Origin: Asterias rubens | Lineage: Eukaryota | Direction of reading: 5' to 3' | Assembly (NCBI RefSeq): GCF_902459465.1 | Contig: NC_047068.1 | Coordinates: 5,952,001-6,016,000 of the forward strand | DNA: 64,000 nt | Shown: in pieces, positions 1-11,591 of the stretch | Position numbering within the stretch: position 1 is the stretch's first letter | Layout: the number at the start of each line of letters is the position of its first letter | Translations under genes and position numbers: made by a program | The notes under the pieces: model-generated | The model's database searches: none | What the model saw: the letters and a program-made list of their open reading frames with translations, nothing else | What the model was told of the DNA's origin: nothing

Positions 1-269
1 TCTGAAAGTAAGTACCAGTTTCAGGTAAACAAGCTATTGTCTAGTCAAACTAGTAAGTCAATAAAATATTTAACTAGTTTAATAACACTTTCACTAGTAG
101 AGTTTAGTTAACTAGTTCACAAGTTACAATATTAGTTAAATAGTTAACTAGTAACAGCCACAGTAGAAAATACCAGTTAAAAAGTTATAGGCCTACTAGA
201 TAACAATATCAGTCAAATTGATTAACTAGTTAACACACCAGAAAATATCTGCCCCGGTAACTTAGTTAC

Positions 270-460
270 TTATTAAACTTAAGAAAATAAAATTAGCTGT
301 TGCAAACAACTTACCAACCAAATGGACCGACAGTATAAATGCACAAAAAAAGTTAATGGCCTGACGTTTCGACCCTAGCAGAGTCTTTCTCGAAGGCTAA
401 ATGACAACCCAACAAACATGAACATTTGATAAATAGTTACCTAGCTTATACAATGGACAA
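270..460 (-). mobile_element. Penelope terminal-repeat fragment
   Basis: Near-identical reverse complement of 25230-25390; shorter copies at ~3520-3660, ~22385-22465 and ~31640-31690. Confidence 0.8.
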
Positions 461-1163
461 TATCAAAATCAGTTTATATTTATAGTCTTTAAGTATTACC
501 GGTAGTTAACTTTTTTGAATTTGTTACAGGAAATCACCAATCACAAGGCCCTAAAACAGGATACTCAATGTGATGACTTATAAGGAAGAAGGGGGATCCA
601 AGATGAGGAAATAGAAAGATGACCATTTATATTTATTGGTATACAAACAAAATGACCAGCAGCAGTAGCTGAAAGGGCCACGCAACAATGGTCAAAATAC
701 AAGTACATCTATAAAAAATAATAATAACAATCACATATTAAAGGGCAATATAGAATTGGGCAATATAGCATTTGAATTGGGACGAGTTGTAAGAAGAGAT
801 CAATGAGAAGCAGAAAGTCTACAAAGATCTAGTAGACAAGTGTAACATTTTACCAAGTCACAAACACGTACACAAGAAGAGATGCATGGCAACACATGTA
901 GATGTCAAACAGCATATTTCCCGTCCGAACTATAGGATATTTTAGACAATTAAGATGCATCTGAATATAAATAAGGTCAAGTAAAACAAATACAGCATGG
1001 TTCATTTTTGGTAGACATTCGATACAAAAGCTTCTCGAGGTATTTGAAGTTGACAGTTCCAAAGGCGAATCAAACCATGTCACATTTGTACATTATTTGA
1101 AAAAGTTGTAAAAAAACAGATACACGTACTCTAAACAATTGTTTTTTATTTTGTCAAACTCAC

Positions 1164-4100
1164 CCACTTATGATCACTGTATCATCAAAGATGAATATCT
1201 TAAGATGTGAAAGTCCAATGACCTCATTATACCTCTCAGGGATCAGCCTCTTGAGGATACCTCTGAGGTCTGGGGTGTGGTAGAGGGCAACTTGGACCTC
1301 GGCTGGGAAGGTCTGAAGGAGAGGTCTCAGCATCGTACAGGAGTTATGCTTCCCTCGTGTGCCTCTGGTGCAGTCGAGGAGGATGCGCAGCTTGAGAGGT
1401 GCCGAGGTGTTGCCGTTGAGGTGTGACCTCCTGCAGGCGTCATGGAGTGAGGCTACCTGAAAGAATCGATTCAAATTTGCTTTAAAGGCAGTGGACACTA
1501 TTGGTAATTACTCAAAATAATTATTAGCATAAAACCTTTCTTGGTAATGAGTAATGGGGAGCTGTTGATAGTATAAAACATTGTGAAAACGGCTCCCTCT
1601 GAAGTGACATAGTTTTCGAGAAAGAATTTTCCCTGAATTTGATCATGAGACCTCAAGTTTAGAATTTGAGGTCTCAAAATCACGCATCTAAAAGCACACC
1701 AAGTGAAAAGACTGGTTTTTGACAATTAGCAATAGTGTCCAGTGATTTTAACCATCCTGAATCTTAATCTCTGAGTCATTTAGTCACATCACACTAACAT
1801 CACACTTACTTTTGAGAAGACAATGAAACAAATCTAGTTTTACACAAAACGTATGAGGGAAAACTCCTGTAGGAAAAACCCATGCAGTCAGGTAGGAACT
1901 AAATCCCCAATCCACATGCAAGGCTACGGTCTGGGTATTCTATATCCCCGATAAAAATTAACATACATTCATAAATACCACAGACAGTTTTGCTATTCCT
2001 GTTGGTGGAGAGCGCGTCATGTGGGGGTGTTTAAACGGATTGATAATGACCAGCTGGAGCTCTGTTTATAACCGGTTGTTTTCGGATAATACGTGCTAGT
2101 CTTGGTGCAAGACATTTCTTGTTATGGGCGATGAGTTGGCCGTGCTGTGTGTGAAAGGAAAACCCGAACATCTTGCACCAAGACTACAACGCGCACGAAC
2201 GGAAATGATCCGGACACTGAGCGTCTCAGTCATAACAATGCAACACACAGACGTCGTAAATACAGAGCTCAAGCACGTTGGAAACGGACCAGTTTTACAG
2301 AGTTTCTTACTTTATTACGCCTTTTTACCAAAAAGCAATTATGAATGGGAATAAAAGAGTAGTGACTCGTTCTTAAACGGCCGTTTAAAACCTTGCAGGG
2401 TCGTTCTCGTGCGATAAAGGCCCTCCCCTTCGGCTAGGGCCTTTATCACTTGGCAACGACACTGCCGGTTTAAAACGGCCATTAAAGAACTTGTTGTATC
2501 CTTTTATTCCCTTATTACAAAACTCACCAGTTCCTCTTCTTTGGGTCCTGTTCCTAAATACAGAGAAGTCAGAACGATCCGATGTTTGCTGTTTTTAATA
2601 CGCGCCTAGAAATGACAAGGAAAATACACAAACGGTATATAGAGTACACTATCTCAAAGTGAATCAAGAGTCTTTTTCATTTCATTTTATTCGCCAGCAA
2701 ACATTAAACAAATACATTTCTATTAAAGGCAAAGTTTATTTTGTTGCCTCTAGTTATAAGACTGAATACCAAAAGTATACCTACCCTTTAAGAAGAATAC
2801 AAAAATGTAAACAGTATTCAGTACTGAGCAACCCAGCTTGGCGGGCAGATACACTCAGAAAACAACCTCAAGCGTAGGTGGTACACGACACTGCCAGTTT
2901 TAAACGGCCGTTAAAGAACTTGTCGCTACCAATTTTTATTTTAACAATTTTCTTTTAGAAGGGAAAGAGGGGTGGATAACAAACAGATTTCTAGTTAAAA
3001 ACAGAGAAATCACATCACTGATCGGTGTAAATGGGAAAAACAAATTTTATTCTTTATCCACGATGCAACAATAACATCTAACATCGAATTGGTGGCTATG
3101 GCTGCGGCTACGACCGTTGCCTGGGGTGTTGCTAAGGGCGTCCTATACTTCAATGCATGTTGACGCAGCGATCCGGCCGTAGCCGTAGCCGCCAATTCGG
3201 ATACGGCCTTACCTTGAGTGTGTTGTAAAAGTCTGTAGGTCCTTCCAGAATTGTAATCTTATCACCGCAGACAGGGAACGCTGGGGATTTCTCAGACAGC
3301 CATTTAAAATGCTGAAAGACGTTGGGCTGTTTCCCAAGATGTTGCGTTGCATTATTAGCTGGAGTAGAGCACTTTGAGCAAGGGCTTTGGTGAAAGCATC
3401 TCGCTGAAACCAACTTGATGGTTTCTTCTTGTCTGGTAGTGACTGAAAAGTATGTTCCTCTTCCATAGAACCTGTTCAAAAGAAGATAAAAATGAGAAAG
3501 TAGAATTAGCTGATGCAAACTGCTTACCAACCTAAAGGACCTATCGTCTACCTGCATAAAACAGTTAATGGCCTGAAGTTTCAACCCTAGCAGAGTCTTT
3601 CTGGACTAAATGACAACACGACAAACAAGAACAGGTAACGTGTTCATGTTTGTTGTGATGTCGTAAGGAAACTGTTTGGTGATAATTGTGTTGTCATGTA
3701 GTATTCCAGAAGGATGCTGTAAGGCTCAAAACAGTAGACAATTTTTTGGGGCACAAAAGAAGATAAATAAAACCAACTCATTTGTTGCATTTGTTGCTGT
3801 TGTTTGCTAAATCCTGAAAATCATGTGGAAACTTTGTTGGTAATCCTTTTTTTATCAGGGAAGTTATTTCATGCTATGCAACTTTTTGTGCTTAGCAACT
3901 CATGAAATTGGGCCCTGGTCTGACAACTCGATCGGTCAGACAACTCGATCGGTCAGACAACTCGATCGGTCAGACAACTCGATCGGTCAGACAACTCGAT
4001 CGGTCAGACAACTCGATCGGTCAGACAACTCGACTGCTGGTACGGTCACCAACAATAAAACAAGTCGACTTTTGATCAGACTGAGCATGCTCCGTGATAT

Positions 4101-7100
4101 AGATCAGTAGATCAGTCAGTGACTGCTTGTCAAGTTGTCGAGTTGTCGGACCTGCCGAGGTGTCAGTTTGTAGATTTTTTCGTTGGACAGCGGCATAACT
4201 TGATTGTCTTTTTAGTCTGCAAAAAAAAATCTGTATGAGTGGTACCTTGAAGGTTGGGTGTAGTTATTTGATTGTGCACTTTGAGAATCTTTGCAACCAT
4301 ACATGTTGAGTGACGCAAATCGAGGTTTATTTTGACTTTGGCTGAAGATTGACTACGTCATTGTGGTTTCTTTTAGGTGTTCGTAAAAATTGCAATAGGG
4401 GTGGCCAGTGTGTGGTGAAGAGGTTTTCAAGTCTGAGGTATTTATGAATGTTTGTTTAAATTTGTCAACGTAGTTTGTGCATTTTAGTTTACGTTGTTGG
4501 TCTTTAAGTAAGAATAAATGTTAAAAAATAAGTGTAATTTCTATTAAAAGATATTTTTTTTGTGTTTATTGTTAATTTTTTTTATTGTAATTATTTTTGA
4601 GGGACAAACATTTTTTATTGGTACTTTTTAATTTTTTTAGTGTATTTTTTTTTCTAATGGATTATTTTATTGGATAGTTTTTTTTTATTGTTAATTTCAT
4701 GTGTGTATTTTCACGGGACAAACATTTTTTTGTTATTAATTTTTATTATTATTTAGTGTTTTTTTTTGTTATAATTGATTATTTTATTGGATAGGTGTTT
4801 TTTTATTGTTAATTTAAAAACATTTTGTGTAAGCAGCCTACCCGCAACCAATGCCTTTTAATGAGCTTTTGCTCGATTTTATCTGCAGTGTTTGGTGTGG
4901 TTTTTTCTGCGTGACCTCGGTTTGAATATATAATTCGTCCAAAGGGCTTCTGAAATTCAGTCTTTTTCGGCCTTATCTGAAAAGTATTGACAGAAATAAT
5001 GTAGCAGTACATTGAAATGAAGAGCATATCTGTCGTTTTTTATGAAAAAAATCGGTGCAACTCAAATTTTATAAAGAGAAATTTGTACATAAAAAATGGC
5101 TTCAAAAAGAAATAAAACAAGTCACAAAAACTCGGCAAATTTTCCCGTTAAGAATGTCGGCAACAGTCCCCAATTAGTATACATGGATAGATTATTTAAT
5201 ATTTTTCCTGGAAATGTTAAAAGCAAGACCGGATTGACCTAGTCCAGGAGAGCGCTTTCCATCTGGATTTGAATGCATTTGGTCATTGTGAACATTTGGT
5301 AGAGATCGGATAAAAAATAGCGATGATATCAAACATTTTCCTTTTTTTGCCTCCTATATCGTAAGAGGTCCTGTTTTCAGGGTGTCCCTAAAATCGTGGC
5401 AAATCCTTCACCTCTCTGTGCGCGATGTGAACCGTCCCTAGATAAAAATTATGTGGTTTTATTTGCCAAGCAAAGAGTCTCCTCTCCCTTGAGCAAAACT
5501 TAGAAACACGTAAGGCTGTACTGGTTATTTGCACTTGTAAGTGCAAAAAGTTTGGTATAAAGGTACAAAAATATGTCATAATGTTGAGGCCATATAAAAA
5601 AAATTGCCCACCGAAAAAGTTTCATCAAACACTATTTTAATTCACAATTAACGATGATCAAATCATGTGACTGAACATTCTGCTGAGCATTCTGAATTTA
5701 AAAAAAGGCTTAAAGAAGCCATGTGCCTTGTATTACTTTCTAATATTTTTTGAGATTTTTTTTTACCCTCGTATCAATATTATTATAAATATTAAAATTT
5801 TAACATCGGCTTGGTGATTCAATTATCACTTTTTATTTTTACGCTTTATTATAAATATTAAGGGGAACATTTTTTTTTTTAATAAATAAAAGTCAGATTA
5901 AAAAGCCAATGTCATAAACAATATTTTGAATAAAATGAAGACAACTGCTGGCTATAGAGTCATACACAGAGTTTCACAGAACACTTGCAGTCACTGCAGA
6001 TATTTCTTCCACTTATGGCTTCACCGGGAAATCATTCTTTCTCATTTGCCTTGAAAACCGGAAAAACTCAAAACAAATGGGACCAGTTGAGTTGAAGTCA
6101 TTGAAGATTGGTGTGTGGTGTGAAAACTTCAATGTCCATCAAGTTTTAATTTATGTTGAGAAGGCCGGCAAACAGTCTTATTAAACAAATGAAGATAATT
6201 AGGCCTTTCTAGGGCATCGGTTGAAATATCGCATCATTATTTTTTTTCCAATTCAAAGAAAAAGGCATAATACCGTGAAAACTGGTAAGAGTTGAGGATA
6301 TGTATAAAAACGCTGTGTATTACTATAATGGTGCCGTGTGTGTCCTTCCATTTATTATTATAACTAAAAAATATTATGGCGATGGTCATGGTCGTTCGAA
6401 ATAAACAAATGAAGATAATTAGGCCTTTCTAGGGCAAAAGCTAAATTTTTTAATTAAAAAAAAAGTATAGCCGGGGATTAGCCCAGGTTGGACTCCTCCG
6501 TTGCATGCAACGCTACGGAGTCCAGGGTATAAAGGTAGGGCCACTGATTTTCCGCGATCGCGGAAAACGGACGGAATTCGCGGAATCGGCCCTTTGAAAC
6601 GGAAAACGGGATTTCAGAAAATTAGATTTTTTTTTTTTTTTTTTTTTTTCGACGCCAAAACTATTGAAATTGCATTCTTTATTAAGATTCTTCTTGTTAA
6701 ACTAAAAAGGCATCAGAAATCAGACCATTAAAAAGTACGAGATCGTAACCGTGGATCGTTCTGTTCTACTTCACACCATCCTCAATGTTTACACACATGA
6801 TGTACACACGTTGTTAACATGGTTAAGCGAAGGGCATTATTCGCGGCACGTTTTAAACATTTTTTGTTCACCCAAATTGCATTTTCTCCCTCTCTTTTAC
6901 CAACAATAATACACAAACTAGCTTACCTATGACCTGTAAGAACACATACAATGTTTTTTCATCTCGAAAAGGTCTAAAATAAAACCGTAAACTGTCAACA
7001 TTCTGTCGCCAAAACGAAAACAAAATGGCTGACATTTTGTTTGTGGATGGAGAATGGTCACGTCCATAGACTTGTTCCCAAGTCTTTGATCATGCTGAAA

Positions 7101-8324
7101 CAGCGCCCTCTTGTGGATACACTCCTGTCATTAGCCTACAATGTGGCTGATGCAGAGAATCAATTGCAGTTTTAGACTTGGAATCAAGTCTATCACATTA
7201 TGTGCATTAATACTGCAGTCACAGTGCAACCTTTTTACCCTGACTACATGTTTTTGTTTCATCGAACAGCAGTATACAAAATAATCCACAATTATAAAAA
7301 AAGTATTTTTTTGAAATTTGTCAGTTCAAATGGACATTTTACGAAGTCGGCAGTGCAACTTATCTTAATTTGATTTTTATAAGTGTGTCCCTGGGTATTA
7401 AACAACCTTTTATCTAATTAAAAAAACATGAAACGGAATTTGTTGTGCCTGAAACGGAATTCATGTTTTTGCCAAACGGAATTTGCACTTTTCTGAAACG
7501 GAAAATCAGTGGCCCTATAAAGGTCCCTACCATTGCGAAAATTTTTCAAAAATCTGTTAAAAATGTTTCTACCTAAGTCGGGAAGACAATGCGCTGCACT
7601 CAAAGCCATGCGCACTTGGGCTCACACTATCATTGGTAGGACGTCAGTCAGTGCCACTGCACTGACGTCCTGGGTATAAAGGTTCTTTACAATGCGAACA
7701 CAAATTTGACTACAATTTTCTTTATTTTTTATCTGATTTGAGAAGTTGAAATTCCGCCCATATATTCATAGTGTCTCTCACTATATTTTCAACGAGTTTA
7801 CAGCTAACAAATATATCCATGGAAGAAATTATTTCCGAAAATATGTCGAAGTTCTGCACTGGCGATGTTGATCATCGTAAACCATTTGATAATACCAGGG
7901 CTAGGCCTATTAAAAAAGTATTATATTTATAATAATATCTCAAGAAAGGAAATACTCCATACATATAACTTTCCAATGGTACTCATTTTGATGCCGTGGG
8001 GAGCATACATTTTTTCACATGAAACCCCTACTGTTTCTACCTCCATGAGTCCATCATGGTCAGTGCTCGTCGTCGTGGCCATGAGGCATCATTCATGGAT
8101 GGTGGTGGGCGTGGGAAAGTTTTTTGTCAAATTTCTTTACGGCATGACCCAGCCAGTCCCAGCCCAGCAAGAAATTAAATCCACAGTTAAATTAATTGTC
8201 GTAAACTGAAATTTACTGTCAATTGTATTTGCTATATATTCCATAAATCGTTACGTAAATACCTTGAAAGCTGAAATATTCTTCTGGAATACGCAGCACA
8301 ACATACCCGCATGGGCGCAGCCAT
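1164..8324 (-). CDS. PGS1: Mitochondrial CDP-diacylglycerol--glycerol-3-phosphate 3-phosphatidyltransferase, 5' partial; exons 8324-8263, 3471-3213, 2605-2528, 1456-1164; continues beyond window start
   Basis: Spliced translation MAAPMRVCCAAYSRRIFQLS|RFYGRG...FQHFKWLSEKSPAFPVCGDKITILEGPTDFYNTLK|ARIKNSKHRIVLTSLYLGTGPKEEEL|VASLHD...ILLDCTRGTRGKHNSCTMLRPLL...LIPERYNEVIGLSHLKIFIFDDTVIISG matches remembered PGS1 blocks (SLYLGTG, LLDxTRGxRG, first HKD-like motif). All introns are GT-AG with consistent phases (2,0,0,2). Exon 1 rests on a mitochondrial-presequence-like peptide and phase fit, so it is less certain than exons 2-4. Confidence 0.92.
1486..1747. mobile_element. Kolobok-like TTAA MITE, family A (internally deleted copy)
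   Basis: TTAA|AGGCAGTGGACACTATTGGTAATT ... AATAGTGTCCAGTG..|TTAA; family present about 20 times in the window. Confidence 0.8.
3922..4033. repeat. 17-bp tandem repeat GACAACTCGATCGGTCA x~6.6
   Basis: Direct reading; related inverted units at ~4135 and ~28145-28205 suggest subterminal repeats of a transposon. Confidence 0.95.
6537..7516. mobile_element. Non-autonomous cut-and-paste element with 8-bp TSD (hAT/P-like), 980 bp, in PGS1 intron 1
   Basis: TIRs AGGGCCACTGATTTTCCG / CGGAAAATCAGTGGCCCT; identical flanks ATAAAGGT at 6529-6536 and 7517-7524; subterminal AAACGGAA repeats at both ends. Confidence 0.85.
7066..7193. mobile_element. Small MITE with self-palindromic termini (copy 38028-38194), nested in the 6537-7516 element
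   Basis: TAGACTTG.T.CCAAGTCT ... AATCAAGTCTA termini; shared GCTGAAACAGCGCCCTCT and CATTAGCCTAC blocks. Confidence 0.65.
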
Positions 8325-8649
8325 CTTGTTGTATGTAGTGAGGTCTAACTTCTTTGGAACAATGAGGGCGGTACAGCTCTAAACCAAAAGAAGAAAGATG
8401 GGCCTTTTCCTTCCAGCTACATCTTGGCTTGGCCTGCGTCTCCGATCATTTTGCTCGGGTACAGTGTCTTCGGCTTCGACTGTTGACACGTGGAGGTTAA
8501 GAAAGGTTGTCGTAAATATAGAATTGTAGCCTAAACCTTAGATCATGGCAACATCTCAAATGAAAGAGATTAAACTCGATTAACTGGCCTGGGTAAAATT
8601 TAAGTGATTTGGGGTTTGGGGTCAAAGAAGTTGAAGTTTTGCCACACCT

Positions 8650-9080
8650 TTAAATTAGTTGATATGCGGGATGCCACTGCATTGGGATTGTACAATTTGT
8701 AGATGTGCTGGGTCTCGATCATGTGTCAAAAGTCTGACCATTGATTTTATAGTTTCACCCCGCTCCAAAGCAGTGGCTAGCTCAGGACGCTTTAGAACAT
8801 GTATGTTCATCGCGGCAGGTATACGCCAAGTTCCTTCAAACTTTCTCAACTCCCTGTGGAGCACAACCCCCAAGCTACTGACACTCATACCGAAGGGTAA
8901 TTGTTCCAACCTTGGCTCCATAAACCAACACAGCTCGGTCTCGACCCTCTCAGGTTCCCAATCCATACATCTGGGTTAGAGAAGCAATCATTGTTAAGTG
9001 CTTTGCTATAGGACAATAGTGTAAAAATGACCGGGAATCGAACCCACACCCACGGTTCAGCTATCAGATCCTTGTCTGAT
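8650..9080 (-). mobile_element. tRNA-type SINE remnant
   Basis: B-box-like GGTTCGATTCCC, then the TGTCC...AAGCACTTAAC...ACCCAGATGTAT core and a LINE-like TAAAGCG tail. Explains the spurious ORFs at 8655-9115. Confidence 0.6.
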
Positions 9081-11048
9081 GCACTAACACCGATCGGCAA
9101 CAACTCGACATGCAAGAAGAATTGAATGACGAAAACAGCAATATTATTTGCCTGAAAGCCGGACTTTGAGAGAGTATTATTTTAATATTACCCACTCACC
9201 ATTTCGCCTTGAATGTTATTTGGGGCACGAATAAGCGAGGAGTGTGTGTGAACCTCCTTGACGGTTAATTACGGTAAACCTAACGTGTGGGAGTCTTCGT
9301 TCCACAGTTCAGGGCACCTCAAGGGTAGGCCTCCCCCTGTACTCGCATGGCTTTCTTATAATCGAAGTCGCGCCTTAATAGCTCCCCTTATGATCCAGTG
9401 ATATGACAAAATAGGCTGCCAAGAAGTGATGGGTGTTTTGAGGGCGTCATATGAGGAAGCTGCCGTTGTCTCTTTTCGGCAGTTGGAACTTCCAAAAGCC
9501 GTCTATCGAACTCACTGGACTCATCTTGCTCATTGGACCAACTGTGTTTTTGTTGCAGTTACAATTGTTTTTATTAAAATAATTATAACGTACCTTGTGG
9601 TTGGGTTTCTTTGACTGATAAAAATATATAAAATTAGAACTGTGGGAAAAATCTCATCACTTTCTTTTTTAGTTCACAATAAAAAGAATCAGTAAGAAAG
9701 TTTCTTGTTCTAAACATAATATTTATTTATTTATTTATCTACTTTTGTGTGCATCAGAGAAACACAATTTCAAGATTATTTTGATTTATTGGAAGGAATT
9801 CGGATCCTAGGAACTTATCGCATTATACACTACAAAATAGTTAACTAAACCAAAAGTGATTTTTCTAACAGCTGTATATCTGCTTATTGTTTGTTTAAAA
9901 CCTTCAAGTGCGCGCAAGACTGAGCCCATTGTGGATTTTTTTTTTTTTAATAAAACCTTGCCATTATGGCCATTATTATGTAAAATTTTTACGAATGGAA
10001 ATAATGACATCCCACAGGGAAATGTGATTTCAACTAGGCCTACTGTAAACTCATACACTGCGAGTAATAACAAAAAAATACATGCTTATTGCTTAAGCCA
10101 TTGCTATCTGTCAGCTGAACTCACTACGCTAAGAAAAGGCAATCGTAAGTCTTGATAAATTAAACCCACATTTTATCATTAAATTTTTTAAAGTTGCTCA
10201 TTAGTTTCATCAAATTTTACTTTCAATTTTGAAACTGTTTTCAACTTACACAATGTGTTCAACCAACTCTCTCCGGAGCTTAAACCAAACCCACATACCC
10301 CGAAAGCCAAAAACAGACTTTTGCACAAGACACCTTTCACAACATAAATAATGGGACGTCTACCATTTTGATGGTTGTTTAGTTTCATTAAAGACACTGG
10401 ACACTATTGGTAATAATTATCAAGACCTGTGAAAATTTGAGCTCATATATTGGTAGGTCGTCGAAGTTGCGAGATAATAATGGAAGAAAAAAACACCCTT
10501 GTCCCACGAAGTTGTCTGCTTTCAGATGCTTGATTTCGGGACGGGTTGGCTCAATTTAAAGTTACTTTAAAGTACCTTATTAAACGGAGCATGCCTTCGC
10601 TATAATAGCACTACATGAACAAAAATGGGTCGTCTATTTACGAGAGAAACGTAACTAACTAAAATAGTAAGTAATTAATGTAACATTTACATTATTTGGG
10701 GTTTTGGAAAACAAACATTTGAATTCAGTGGACGACTATTATTCCCTACCAGCCTCGTTTTAAGTAACATCGCCCACTACAGGGGAAAATTCCCTAATAT
10801 GACTGTACCATAAATAATGTCATTGAAGGATTTCTATTGTTGAGTCAGATTTGACGGCTTTACACACGGCCAGGGCTCAATTTGTAAATTGAGCAGAAAA
10901 TATTGCTTTAAACAATTCTGCTTCAAGCATACCGGTCACAGATGCTATTATTCGAAATCATGTTTTACCTGTTGTTAACATTGGTCGGAAAACATAAATG
11001 TGTTCTGGTTTAGCAGATATACTTTTTGTTCAATGAAATTAGTCCCCC

Positions 11049-11518
11049 GGGCCCAATTTCATAAAGCCTGTCAGCATACCAAATTTTCACGTGATTTTCA
11101 TTTAACAGCTGAATGCCAGTAACAAGCAATAGGCTATGCAACAAATTAAAATTTGGTTGGAAATCCTGTTTTTATTAAGGAAGAAATTTCATGCAAAGCA
11201 AATGTTTGTCCCCCTGATCGCAACAAATGCCCTTTGTCAACGCAGTATCATGCACCTAGTAGCCATAGCCATAAGCCAAAGTCGTTTCATATACAGATAA
11301 AACAGGAGGAAATTGTTTCAGGCTATTTCTTATATCAGTGACAATTTCAGGGAGCTGCTAGAACAGAAGTGCCTAACAATTCTGCCAAGCGAAAAGGACA
11401 TCAGTTACAACTGAATTGTATTTTGTCTGATGGAAAACTCGTTCCGGTATAAGCATAATGTTGTTGTGCTTAGAGCTCCGTATTTGTGCTTATAAACAGC
11501 TCTATGAAATCGGACCCA
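11049..11518. mobile_element. Family C MITE (other copies ~3690-3915, 40230-40322, 43550-43700, 50290-50500, 55503-55722)
   Basis: TIR GGGCCCAATTTCATA / TATGAAATCGGACCC; shared internal blocks. Confidence 0.7.
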
Positions 11519-11591
11519 GGTTTAAAAGAAAACAAAACACGAATTGATCGTCTTATTGGCGAGAAACCAAGCTCGACGATGGGGGCGCTAT

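Noticed and set aside
3922-4033. CRISPR-like regular repeat appearance (also the 81- and 84-bp arrays)
   Set aside because: Head-to-tail repeats without unique spacers, in a eukaryotic context; no cas genes.
6950-7035. Candidate constitutive PGS1 exon 1 (MSAILFSFWR..., superficially like human FWRR)
   Set aside because: It lies inside a TIR/TSD-bounded element. The exon at 8324-8263 (MAAPMR...) has a better presequence and the required phase-2 donor. Kept only as a possible alternative exon.
8655-9115. 76-106 aa ORFs on both strands
   Set aside because: They overlap a SINE remnant; no recognisable protein.
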